The notes under the pieces were generated by a model, which was given only the letters and a program-made list of their open reading frames with translations, made no database searches and had not been told where the DNA came from. From an uncultured bacterium (GTDB taxonomy: Bacteria > Fidelibacterota > Marinisomatia > Marinisomatales > JAHJCW01), in assembly GCA_965369995.1 (NCBI GenBank), contig CBDURO010000007.1, forward strand, positions 860 through 64,859: a stretch of 64,000 bases of DNA, in the 5' to 3' direction. Shown here piece after piece: positions 10,112-19,886 of the stretch (positions within the stretch are counted from its first letter, which is position 1; each line of letters starts with the position of its first letter). A program made the translations under genes and the position numbers.

Positions 10112-11560
10112 TTAACGTTTTTGCCAATAGCTTGGCACTTTATCATCCACAACTACCGGTCTGTTTGCAATGCCTTCATCAGGATAATCTGCCTCAACAT
10201 CACTTTGCCATAAGTATCTTTCCATATTTACTTGCGCACTGTCACCTTGTGCATGACAATTTTTAAAGCAATAACCTCCGTCCGTAGTATCGGTTTGTGG
10301 TGTAAATCTTTGAATGTTGTGAGGACTTGAATATTCCCAGGTTGGCCGATCATCGTAATTTGCTAATTCATCATGCCCCCAAGGACTATAACTATCTCTT
10401 ACAACTGGAATATGTCGAACAACAATAAATTTTCCTTTGTGTAATTCTTGATCATAATTGTAACCAATTTTAAAACCGGGATATTCTTTATATCCACTCG
10501 CTCCGGTATGAACATCCGTCTCAGTAGTTGACTCAGCATAACCGGTTTGCCACCATTCAGATAAATCCCCTGATGGATCTTTTGTGTGGCAGCTATTACA
10601 ATTGTTATATGGTTGTGAATGGCAAACAAAACAGGATAACCCTTCTCCTTCTCCCGGCCAATGTATCTGATGATATATATTTGGAGTAAAAAAGTAGTTA
10701 TGACAGTCTTCACAACTTGGGAGATCCGGCAAATGATAGCGCGTTGCACTACCCGATGCATCAGCATGCATATCTTCTTTATGACAATCCCAACATTTCA
10801 TATATTTTGTATGATGAACATCAGGTTTATTGCCTTTCAAAAGGCCTTCAAAATCGGTGGCTATTCTACTGCCATGACAAGCTAAACAATTATTGGTTTG
10901 GTCAGGTGTCTTCTTAAATTGGTGGTTATTAATGAACCCTCCAGCTGCGCTATTTGGTCTGCTTATGTGGCATTGTCCACAAGTAGTATGGCAACTTGCG
11001 CATTCTCTATCAAATCCATCGGTTAGCTCAGCAGGCAATTCATTAAAATTATTATGGTCTTTATCCGCTCCCAACTCCCGTTGGGCGATAGTAGTCTGCT
11101 CACCCCAAGCTTTGGAATGCATACTATTCGCGTTTGTGGCTACTATCTCATTATGACAAGGGTTACAATTAGACTCTGCCATTACAGAAGGATCCTTGAC
11201 AAACCCAAAATTATCTGTATCGTGAGCCGACGCAAAATCTGCCGGTTCCTTACCGCCATGACATGTAACACAACCAATTAAAGCGTGTACTTCATCGATA
11301 TCGGCATAAGATTTTTGTCTTCCAACCAATTTTATAAATACTTTTTCCCATGGTTCCAACGGAACCACTTCTCCGCCTCATCCGCCACCCGAAGGTTCTG
11401 TTCCACTAGCTTGTGCATATTCCTTTAAAGTGGACTCACTGGTGTGACAACCTTCACAGGTAGATGGATCGCCTAAGTCAACGGTTTCATATCCCGGATC
11501 ACATGAAATCCATAATAAGGATAATAAAATAATAGCAATTAATTTAATTTTCTTCATCAT
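10112..11560 (-). CDS. Candidate selenocysteine-containing multiheme cytochrome c lipoprotein (482 aa with UGA read-through at 11378-11380)
   Basis: ORFs 11378..11566 and 10112..11368 share a frame and are separated only by TGA GGC GGA GAA. The upstream part supplies the lipoprotein signal (LLWIS-C) and CEGCH. The downstream part has 9 CxxCH + CX3CH but no signal peptide. A SECIS-like hairpin follows the TGA. Confidence 0.8.
11350..11368 (-). promoter_or_regulatory. Candidate bacterial SECIS element
   Basis: Minus strand reads UGA-GGCGGAGAA-G-UGGUUCC-GUU-GGAACCA-U: a perfect 7-bp stem plus G·U, with a GUU loop beginning 17 nt after the UGA. Confidence 0.7.
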
Positions 11561-11996
11561 CTTCAATCACAACATACATGTGTTTAAGTTTACCTGCTTG
11601 GCAGGCATGTTTATATACTTCGCAATTGCGACAGCTGGCTTCTCGACAAACTTGTGAGCCTTGATCAGTTAGTGTCCAGCAAACAACATTACTATTTTTA
11701 TATGCTTTACAGTTTCTACAATCAGTTTTAGAGCATTTACTTTTAAGATCCCAGCAAGGCATTAATGCCAAAAGCACACGGATACCGGCAAGGTTCATCC
11801 TATTTTGGGTAATTTGCACACGGAAGCACTCTATCCATTCTAAATCTCTTTCTGAGTAAAGCCGATGACCAGATTTGGTCTTATGGGCAATAACTAACCC
11901 TTCTCTTTCATATAGTCTCAATAGTTCGGGGGAAACGCCAAGTTTTTTGGCGGCCACTCCTATCCCTAATAGGGGTTCGTTAGAATCAAATTCCAT
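11544..11996 (-). CDS. MerR-family regulator with duplicated Cys-rich (CW…C…CxxC) C-terminal domain
   Basis: MerR HTH 'IGVAAKKLGVSPELLRLYEREGLV…GHRLYS'. The C-terminus has CW-x5-C-x4-CRNC and CW-x9-C-x4-CRNC. Its stop overlaps the start of the candidate selenoprotein. Confidence 0.88.
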   Translation of the reverse strand: MEFDSNEPLLGIGVAAKKLGVSPELLRLYEREGLVIAHKTKSGHRLYSERDLEWIECFRVQITQNRMNLAGIRVLLALMPCWDLKSKCSKTDCRNCKAYKNSNVVCWTLTDQGSQVCREASCRNCEVYKHACQAGKLKHMYVVIEDDEEN

Positions 11997-12101
11997 TTTT
12001 AAATCCTGTAAGGTTTTTAACGAAACTAATAATGTACACTATTGTAAAGTTAAAGTGTTTAATACAGTTAATACAAGATTTATTTGTCTTGTAGTCTCAT
12101 A

Positions 12102-13166
12102 TTAATATATGTTTTTTACATAGATGGTTGTAACAGTTGTCGAGCCGGCAATGCCTAGAATTACATTGTAGTTTTGATCGCGCAAATTCGATAACGCTTC
12201 ATCGCGTAGTGATAAACTTGAAATGAAATATTGACTATATATATTATCAGGAATTGATACTGTAACTTGTGACAAACCGATTGGGAACATGTTTTTAGAT
12301 AACGTAAAAACAGCGTAGTCTGATTGATCCGATTCGCCTGGCGGGAAAAATGCGCTATGCGAAAAAATAAAAGAATCAGGATTTACTACACTTCTGAAGG
12401 TAAAATTCCCAAGCGATACATCATCGTCGGTTAAAAATCGAACTAAATCATTTTCACCGGAATTGAGTAAAAGTGTATCTGTGTCCCAAATAGTTCCATC
12501 CATTACTAATTCCGCAGGAGGGAATGGTATTGTAGTACCGGTGATGTAATCTCCATTACCGGTTGTAATTTGAAATTCATACTCTTTTGCGTATTCAATT
12601 TTCACATCTGAATATTGAAACATTGGTTTATAACCACCATAGGTGTAAACTTCTATTGGCTTTGAATCGATCCGATCACCACGGTAAAATTCTTCAATGG
12701 TACCGGCTTTTGAATGCCATTCAAATTCTGCTACTAAATTCCCGGAAGGGTGCTCAACTAATATAACTGAAGCCATGGTTGAATCGTGGACAAATGGCAA
12801 GATTTCTAAATAATCATCAACATGTGGCTCGCCTTTATCGGGCACACCATTGCCTCTACCGCCATCTTTGCCGCCTATATCATCATTAAGTGGCTCTCCC
12901 TCATCCCATTTCCCATTGCCATTTTCATCCGTATAGCTGACCCAATCACCATTATCGTCTATACCATTGAATAAAGATGTATCAGTTACAAGAATTGTTT
13001 TGTCAACACGTACAACAGAATTAATAAAATCTATTGGATGTAAAATCGCTTCGATGCGTAATTCACTTGTGTAAGAACTGAACTCATCTGAAAAATCAGC
13101 AATACTGAGCTTCTTAGTACAGCTACTAATTCCTATTAACAACAATATAATCACTATTTTTCGCAC
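12102..13166 (-). CDS. DUF4249-like lipoprotein with Asp/Gly-rich putative Ca-binding insert
   Basis: Likely GTG start at 13166 after GAGGA; lipobox ISS-C; 'LRIEAIL' N-terminal motif; lies directly after a TBDR. Confidence 0.6.
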   Translation of the reverse strand: MRKIVIILLLIGISSCTKKLSIADFSDEFSSYTSELRIEAILHPIDFINSVVRVDKTILVTDTSLFNGIDDNGDWVSYTDENGNGKWDEGEPLNDDIGGKDGGRGNGVPDKGEPHVDDYLEILPFVHDSTMASVILVEHPSGNLVAEFEWHSKAGTIEEFYRGDRIDSKPIEVYTYGGYKPMFQYSDVKIEYAKEYEFQITTGNGDYITGTTIPFPPAELVMDGTIWDTDTLLLNSGENDLVRFLTDDDVSLGNFTFRSVVNPDSFIFSHSAFFPPGESDQSDYAVFTLSKNMFPIGLSQVTVSIPDNIYSQYFISSLSLRDEALSNLRDQNYNVILGIAGSTTVTTIYVKNIY

Positions 13167-13174
13167 GATGATCC

Positions 13175-15550
13175 TCAAAATTTAAATTCAACTCCTATTG
13201 ATGGAAAAAATGGGAACATACCAATCGCTGTCACTGAATCCTCTTCTAAGTCCCAATCATATAATAATGTATTAAAATGATTGGTAACATTAATAATCTG
13301 AAATTTGAAATTTCCGTCCCAACCAAAGGGAGATATTTTATGCGTCCAACTCACATCTAAGCGGAGATACATCGGATACCGTGCAGAATTTTTTAAACCT
13401 GTTAATTCCGTTAAATTTCCATAAGGGTTATTATAAGTATTCCCACCCTCACTAGAACTTAAGTTTTGAGTATATGTGTATCCAACGATCGGTGTATATG
13501 GTCTCCCGCTGCTATTGCTGATTGTCAATCCAAAATTATTCTTTTTATTAAGGACATAATTCGCTACAACATTTAATGTATGCGGTTGATTGGAATGTGG
13601 TGTAAACACTTCTCCTAATTCCTTAGTTATTTTACCATTGCTATTAAAATCATATTCTTGTCGATTATAAATATATGAATAGCCGATCCAACCGGTTATC
13701 TTCCCAAGATTTTTACGCAGTAAAAGTTCAATTCCATATACTTTTGCGGTTCCTTCAATATAATCGTCATTTTCATTAATCGGATTATTATTGGGGTTGT
13801 TAGTAAGAACATTATCATATGGTTTATAATAACCTTCCAAGCTTGCAAAATAACCATTTCCAAGCCATTGCTCAATTCCTAAAATATATTGCTGTAATGA
13901 TTTGGCTTTATAATTTTCAGGGATCGGCTGCCAAAAATCAACGATATTTAATACTGCATTATCATCATTAGTGGTAAATAAAAACTGCTTATATTTGCCC
14001 CAAGCTCCTTTCAAAGCAAAATTTTCGTTTAATAAATATTTAAAACCAAAGCGTGGCTCAAAATAATATTCATCATGTAATTCATATTTTGAAATTCGTA
14101 AACCGGGCTGAAGCATTAACAAGTGTGAGAGCTTCCACTTGTCTTGTAAATAAAAACTAATAATTGATGGTTTCTGACTCTGATCAAAATAGGTAACATC
14201 ATCAATCCCAAATTTAAATTGCATACCTAATTGTTTATATTCAAAACCAGTAGTGAGAGTGTGTTTATTCGAAATAAACCAATCCAATTTTTCTTTGATA
14301 GTCCAATCATTTATTTCGTTAAAAACGATGATCTGACTAGTTTGTGTATTACCCACAGAATCTTGTTCGGAAATACTTAAATTTACATCGAACTTAAAGT
14401 TGGTATTTGCAACTGAGAGTGTGGAAAGGAATTTTGAATTTGGTACGTAACGCCATTGCAGACTATTGGTAAAATTACCCCAATCCCAATCAAAATTGAT
14501 CTTATCATCGGAACTGCCCAAGTTCATAGACAACACATCACGACCTAAAAAAGTGGAAAATGTCAAACGGTTTTTTGATGAAATATCATGGATCAATTTG
14601 CCTTGAGTATCCCAAAAATAATATTTCCAATCAACATCGCTTGTATTTGGTTTAATTTTATAATAGATAGCGGCTAACTTATCAAAATATGTCCGCCGAT
14701 ATGACCACATCCAGGAACCATTATATAGCGGTCCTTCTGCTAAAATTTTTGAACTCAACAAAGTAATTTCACCTTGTGCCTGGCTTAAATCCCAAAACTT
14801 TCCAATCCCTTCTCCATTAAAAAATTTACTGTTCTTTGAGTTACCTTCTTTTGATGTAATCTGTAAGACTGATGATATCCGGTTACCAAAATTCGCTGGA
14901 AAACCACCCGCGATAAATTCTGCATCGGAAATCGCATTTGCATTAAAAGTAGAAAAAACACCACCTAAATGATAGGGGTTATATAGTTCGATACCATCCA
15001 ACAAAATAAGATTCTCATCAGTACTGCCACCGCGTACAACCAAAGCCGATGAAAAATCGTTTGTTGATGTCACGCCAGGTAAGAGTTGAAGCGTACGGAA
15101 CAAGTCAGCCTCTACAAACGCCGGTGCATTTTTTATCTCACGTAACCCGAGATTAACCCGGCTGACTTCCACCTTTTCTTTAAACCGTTGTCGCTCTGCT
15201 GTCACGGTCACTTCTTCCCCTGAAATTACTGTTGTAGAAAGTTCAAAGTCATAGCGCTGATCATCATTGTATAAAATATTTATTGTGAATGTTTCTGTTT
15301 TATAACCCATCATCATGATCTTTAGGTTATGTTCACCAATAGGAATATTTGTGATTACATAATGTCCATGATTATCCGAAGCTGTTCCAATATCAGTTCC
15401 TTCTAAAATCACGTTAGCATACATTATTGGCTCACCGGTAGATGCATCTTGCAAGTATCCGCTAATTCGTCCCAAATCACTTTGTGCACCAACAAATGTA
15501 ACACAAATAAAGAAAATAATTATTTTTATAGATTTTTTATTTAGTGCCAT
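13175..15550 (-). CDS. TonB-dependent receptor with carboxypeptidase-regulatory-like N-domain
   Basis: DASTGEPIMYANV N-domain, plug 'LQLLPGV…VRGGSTDENLILLDG', C-terminal 'FPSIGVEFKF'; start probably ATG 15550. Confidence 0.9.
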   Translation of the reverse strand: MALNKKSIKIIIFFICVTFVGAQSDLGRISGYLQDASTGEPIMYANVILEGTDIGTASDNHGHYVITNIPIGEHNLKIMMMGYKTETFTINILYNDDQRYDFELSTTVISGEEVTVTAERQRFKEKVEVSRVNLGLREIKNAPAFVEADLFRTLQLLPGVTSTNDFSSALVVRGGSTDENLILLDGIELYNPYHLGGVFSTFNANAISDAEFIAGGFPANFGNRISSVLQITSKEGNSKNSKFFNGEGIGKFWDLSQAQGEITLLSSKILAEGPLYNGSWMWSYRRTYFDKLAAIYYKIKPNTSDVDWKYYFWDTQGKLIHDISSKNRLTFSTFLGRDVLSMNLGSSDDKINFDWDWGNFTNSLQWRYVPNSKFLSTLSVANTNFKFDVNLSISEQDSVGNTQTSQIIVFNEINDWTIKEKLDWFISNKHTLTTGFEYKQLGMQFKFGIDDVTYFDQSQKPSIISFYLQDKWKLSHLLMLQPGLRISKYELHDEYYFEPRFGFKYLLNENFALKGAWGKYKQFLFTTNDDNAVLNIVDFWQPIPENYKAKSLQQYILGIEQWLGNGYFASLEGYYKPYDNVLTNNPNNNPINENDDYIEGTAKVYGIELLLRKNLGKITGWIGYSYIYNRQEYDFNSNGKITKELGEVFTPHSNQPHTLNVVANYVLNKKNNFGLTISNSSGRPYTPIVGYTYTQNLSSSEGGNTYNNPYGNLTELTGLKNSARYPMYLRLDVSWTHKISPFGWDGNFKFQIINVTNHFNTLLYDWDLEEDSVTAIGMFPFFPSIGVEFKF

Positions 15551-15747
15551 AAACAATTGAATTAAAACTTTATTTATAAAATGAACTCAGTGGTTTAATT
15601 ATTGTTCCTATTAGAAAATTTGTTAATTTATTATTAATATTTTAATATCATCGGTGAATCCTAATATAACATAAATTATTTGTTATTAATATGTAAACTA
15701 AGTTTAAATTTTATATCCATTTTTGAGGAATAATCCGTTGTAAAAAG

Positions 15748-18621
15748 ATGCCTAAACGTACCATATATATAATTTATTTTGTTTTAATATCAATTTTTAG
15801 CCACATTCATGCCCAAATTGATGTAGCTTGTATTGGTAATAGCATCACATGGGGCAATAAATTACCAGATCCTGGAACCCAGAGTTATCCCTCTCAGTTA
15901 GCAGTACTTTTAGGAAATAATTACGTTGTTAACAATTTTGGCGGACCTGGTAGAACTTTACTTCACAATACCGGTTGGGAATATATTTTCTCAAATCAGT
16001 GGATATATTCTATTGCTACTCCACATGATGTCGTGATCATTCTATTGGGTACTAATGATAGTCAGGAAAACAATTGGGTTGAAAAGGCACATTTTAAAGA
16101 GGACTATCTTGATCTAATGGATGATTATAAAAACTTTTCCCCTAACAGTGAAGACCCTGTTTTCATTCTTGGATTACCACCTCCGATTTTTGGTGAATCC
16201 GGAGGATCCAGAAATGCCACCATTGTGAATGAAATAATTCCAATGATAAAACAGGTAGCAACCCAAACAGATGCCACAATAGCTGATTTTTATAATGCAT
16301 TAAATGGGAAACCCGAACTTTTTATAGATGGAATACATCCTAATGAAGTTGGTGCAGGTATAATGGCCAAAGTTGCATATGATGCAATTCAGAAAGCTCT
16401 ATCAACTCCTGCCCTCCCTCTTGATACAACTCCCCCTGCCGTTCCAGCAGGATTAAAGACTATACCGGAACTTTCTTCAATCACATTACAATGGCAAGCT
16501 AACACCGAGGATGATCTGTTAGGATATCGTATTTACAGATCAGATAACCCAAATGATTTATTAACTTATATTGGTGGTGTACCACACACAGATACAATAT
16601 ATACTGACAATAATGTTGTCCTTAATCAATTTTACTATTATGCAATTGATGCAATAGATTTAAAAAGAAATGCCAGTAAAACAACTAGTATTGTAATGGG
16701 AAAAACCCTTGATAATATACCACCATCAGTTCCTGTAGCCATTCAGATAATCCAAAAACCTGATACAATTTTAGTAAGCTGGAGTCCTAATACAGAACCT
16801 GACTTATCTCGATATAATATTTATCGGAATATTAATATAAACGATTTGTTAGGAACTCAGAGTTTTATTGGCTCTACTAATGGCTTAAATAATTTCTACT
16901 TTGATACATCATTCGAAGCTGCAACTACATATTACTATGGTATTACCGCAGTTGATATCTCAAATAATCAAAGCGCAATGTCTACTCCTGTGAGCATTAC
17001 AACAACCTCTCCACCGAAAAGTGCTGATACAACATTAATTTTTTTAGAGGATACTCCTCATATATTTAGTCCAACAGATTTTCCTTATTCCGACTTAGAT
17101 AATCATCAACTTGACAAAATACTATTTATTGATTCAAATCACTATGAATATTTTAGTTATAACGGTAATGACATAGATTCTACAATCACTTGTGAGGATA
17201 TTTCGGAGCTTGTATTTAATTCAGATTTAGATGAATATGGTGACAATTATGCAGCATTCACCTTTAAAGTAGTAGATAGTTTTGGCAGTACAAGCTTAGA
17301 CACCAATATTGTAATAATTAATGTAACATCCGTAAATGATGCTCCACATATTAATCCGATATCAGATTTATACATAATGGAAGACTCGCACAACATATTA
17401 TTACCAATTTCAGGAATTGATGCGGGGCCGGTAAATGAATCACAAAATCTCTCTGTGAAAGCATTTGCAGATTTGGTTAAGGTTGACGACATTCAAATTC
17501 AATATAACAGCCCTGAAGACACAGGATCAGTCACAATAGATCCGGTAGAAAACGCCTTCGGAATTATTCCGATGACTGTACAAATCTTAGATGATGGCGG
17601 AACTTCCAATGATGGTGTTGATTCATCTGAAACCACTTTTTACATAAATATTTCACCTATAAATGATCCGCCAATTTTTAATTTGTTGGATAACATACAA
17701 ATTTATGAAGACTCAGAAACAACCATAGAATTAACCGGTATTCAACCCGGACCTTGGGAATCAGATCAACAAATCACTATGTCTGTTAAATCTAATAATA
17801 CTGATATATTGCCACACCCCGAGCTAAGTTATAACAGTCCTGATACAACCGCAGTTTTAACTTTTTCAACGATTCCAAACATTTTCGGTTCATCATCAAT
17901 AACAATTAATATGTCAGATAACGGTGGTACTGATTTCGGAGGGAAAGATTCAACATCATATACTATACCGGTTGAGATTACTTCAGTTAATGATAAACCT
18001 TCCGACTTCAATATAATCTCACCAACCAGTGATTCAACTTTAGTAATTAATAAATCGAATTATTTAAATACTTTTTCAATTTCTTGGGAAGAATCTTCTG
18101 ATATTGAAAATGACGATATTTTATACAACATTATTTTTAGCGGCGATTTATCGTCGCTATCACGGCATGGTTTAATTTCCACAAAAACTGAATATATTTT
18201 AAAGGAGATTTTAGCCGTTACCGATACGGTATCAATTGCAAATTGTACTTTTTGCATTATTGCCTCCGATGGTGCTTTACAAACCAATGCAGTAAATAGT
18301 GGTATTGTAGTTACAGTCGATGGTCGGTCGTTTGCACCTGCAAAATTACATCTTAATCAAAATTATCCGAATCCATTTAACTATGCTACGGTCATCGGGT
18401 TTGACCTACCTAAACATGCAAATGTTTCCATTATTATTTATGATTTATTAGGAGAAGAAATAATCAAGCTAATAGATAATAAAGAATATGAACGCGGTTA
18501 CAACACAATAACATGGAATGGTTTAGATAAAAATAACAATTTGATCACTGCTGGCATCTATATAATGCAAATCCACATGGGCTCAGTGGAACAACATAAA
18601 AAACTTATATTTTTAAAATAG
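15748..18621 (+). CDS. Secreted SGNH/GDSL esterase with FN3 and cadherin-like repeats and T9SS/FlgD-like C-terminal domain
   Basis: CIGNSITWG, LGTND and DGIHP blocks; 'DTTPPAVP' FN3 domains; repeated 'VNDAP/INDPP/VNDKP'; 'LNQNYPNPFN…KKLIFLK' tail. Confidence 0.85.
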   Translation: MPKRTIYIIYFVLISIFSHIHAQIDVACIGNSITWGNKLPDPGTQSYPSQLAVLLGNNYVVNNFGGPGRTLLHNTGWEYIFSNQWIYSIATPHDVVIILLGTNDSQENNWVEKAHFKEDYLDLMDDYKNFSPNSEDPVFILGLPPPIFGESGGSRNATIVNEIIPMIKQVATQTDATIADFYNALNGKPELFIDGIHPNEVGAGIMAKVAYDAIQKALSTPALPLDTTPPAVPAGLKTIPELSSITLQWQANTEDDLLGYRIYRSDNPNDLLTYIGGVPHTDTIYTDNNVVLNQFYYYAIDAIDLKRNASKTTSIVMGKTLDNIPPSVPVAIQIIQKPDTILVSWSPNTEPDLSRYNIYRNININDLLGTQSFIGSTNGLNNFYFDTSFEAATTYYYGITAVDISNNQSAMSTPVSITTTSPPKSADTTLIFLEDTPHIFSPTDFPYSDLDNHQLDKILFIDSNHYEYFSYNGNDIDSTITCEDISELVFNSDLDEYGDNYAAFTFKVVDSFGSTSLDTNIVIINVTSVNDAPHINPISDLYIMEDSHNILLPISGIDAGPVNESQNLSVKAFADLVKVDDIQIQYNSPEDTGSVTIDPVENAFGIIPMTVQILDDGGTSNDGVDSSETTFYINISPINDPPIFNLLDNIQIYEDSETTIELTGIQPGPWESDQQITMSVKSNNTDILPHPELSYNSPDTTAVLTFSTIPNIFGSSSITINMSDNGGTDFGGKDSTSYTIPVEITSVNDKPSDFNIISPTSDSTLVINKSNYLNTFSISWEESSDIENDDILYNIIFSGDLSSLSRHGLISTKTEYILKEILAVTDTVSIANCTFCIIASDGALQTNAVNSGIVVTVDGRSFAPAKLHLNQNYPNPFNYATVIGFDLPKHANVSIIIYDLLGEEIIKLIDNKEYERGYNTITWNGLDKNNNLITAGIYIMQIHMGSVEQHKKLIFLK

Positions 18622-18713
18622 TAACCAATTTAAAGAAAGTTTTTCTCAGTATTCCACGTCAATTATTTGTAAGTTTATCTTATAGTAATTATTAACTATA
18701 AGGAACAACTACT

Positions 18714-19883
18714 ATGAAAAAAATTATTGTTTTTACCGTTATAGCGATGCTAATTGCCGGTTGTGCTTCATCACTAAAACAATTACAACGCGGGAATTAT
18801 GATGAAGCTATTAAAACAGCTGTAAAAAAATTAAGAGTAGATCCTACTGTCCAAGAACAAATCGAAGTATTGGATAAAGCTTATCTGTTAGCGAATCAAC
18901 AAGATCATGACAGAATTAAATTTTTGAAAGAAGAAGGAAGTCCATACAATTGGGATGAAATATTCGAAAGATATTCTAAATTAAAAGCCCGACAATCTTT
19001 AGTGAGTACAGTATTGCCTTTACAACTTGATGATCAAATAATTGACTACGAATATATTGATTTTGATTCTGAAATAATTTTGGCAAAACGGAAAGCTGCA
19101 GATTATTTCTGGAATCACGCCAATGAATTAATGAAAAAAGGAGATAAGGAATCATATCGCCAAGCGTACTATGAATTTCAGAAAGCTAAAGAATATGCCG
19201 GGAATATCAGCAATATCAATCAATTAATTGAAGAAGCACATTGGAAAGGGATTAGCCGCGTCTTTGTATCGTTTGAGAATAAAACTCATCTGAAGCTACC
19301 AGATCAATTTAAAAAAGATTTAATGGATTTTAGTGTTACCGATTTTAATTCGGAATGGGTTGAATTTCATACGACCAATCCAAGTAATAACACCTATTAT
19401 GATTATTTTACTATAATAAATCTGAAGAAGATTGAAGTATCTCCCGAGCAAGTACAGCAAAAAGATCGCATGGAATCTAAAGAAATTGAAGATGGATGGG
19501 AATACGTGTTGGATGATAATGGCAATGTTGTCAAAGATTCGGAAGGTAACGATGTGAAAATTCCTAAAAAACGTACTATATCTTGCACCTTAATTGAAAC
19601 ACATCAATATAAAGCTGCAAAGTTGGAATGCAATATTGAATTAGTACAGAATGAACCCCGTAAAGTTATAAAACAGGTGCCGATTGGAGCTGAAAGTATT
19701 TTTGAACACGTCTCAGCCCGAGCAATAGGTGATGTAAACGCTTTATCCGATGAATCAAAAGAATTACTAAAGAATAAATCTGTTCCATTTCCACGTGATT
19801 TAGATTTAATCATAGATGGAGCGGAAACATTCAAGAAAAGTATTAGGGATGGAATTGGTAACATAAGGAGGCTGATTAAATAA
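18714..19883 (+). CDS. Hypothetical helical lipoprotein
   Basis: Lipobox IAG-C; 389 aa ORF with AAGGA RBS. Confidence 0.7.
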   Translation: MKKIIVFTVIAMLIAGCASSLKQLQRGNYDEAIKTAVKKLRVDPTVQEQIEVLDKAYLLANQQDHDRIKFLKEEGSPYNWDEIFERYSKLKARQSLVSTVLPLQLDDQIIDYEYIDFDSEIILAKRKAADYFWNHANELMKKGDKESYRQAYYEFQKAKEYAGNISNINQLIEEAHWKGISRVFVSFENKTHLKLPDQFKKDLMDFSVTDFNSEWVEFHTTNPSNNTYYDYFTIINLKKIEVSPEQVQQKDRMESKEIEDGWEYVLDDNGNVVKDSEGNDVKIPKKRTISCTLIETHQYKAAKLECNIELVQNEPRKVIKQVPIGAESIFEHVSARAIGDVNALSDESKELLKNKSVPFPRDLDLIIDGAETFKKSIRDGIGNIRRLIK

Positions 19884-19886
19884 TAT

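Noticed and set aside
651-11281. Many short alternative-frame or antisense ORFs (e.g. 672..1010, 1026..1244, 10399..10767)
   Set aside because: They are shadows of the long cytochrome genes, with no motifs or RBS support.
10112-11368. Independent GTG-started 418-aa cytochrome as given in the ORF track
   Set aside because: It has no signal peptide for a 9-10-heme protein, its start sits at the base of a hairpin, and the upstream frame supplies the missing lipobox.
11378-11380. Genome-wide UGA=Gly/Trp recoding as the explanation for the in-frame TGA
   Set aside because: TGA terminates full-length ggt, mnmA, argS and iscS, Trp uses TGG, and I found no other interrupted gene in the window.
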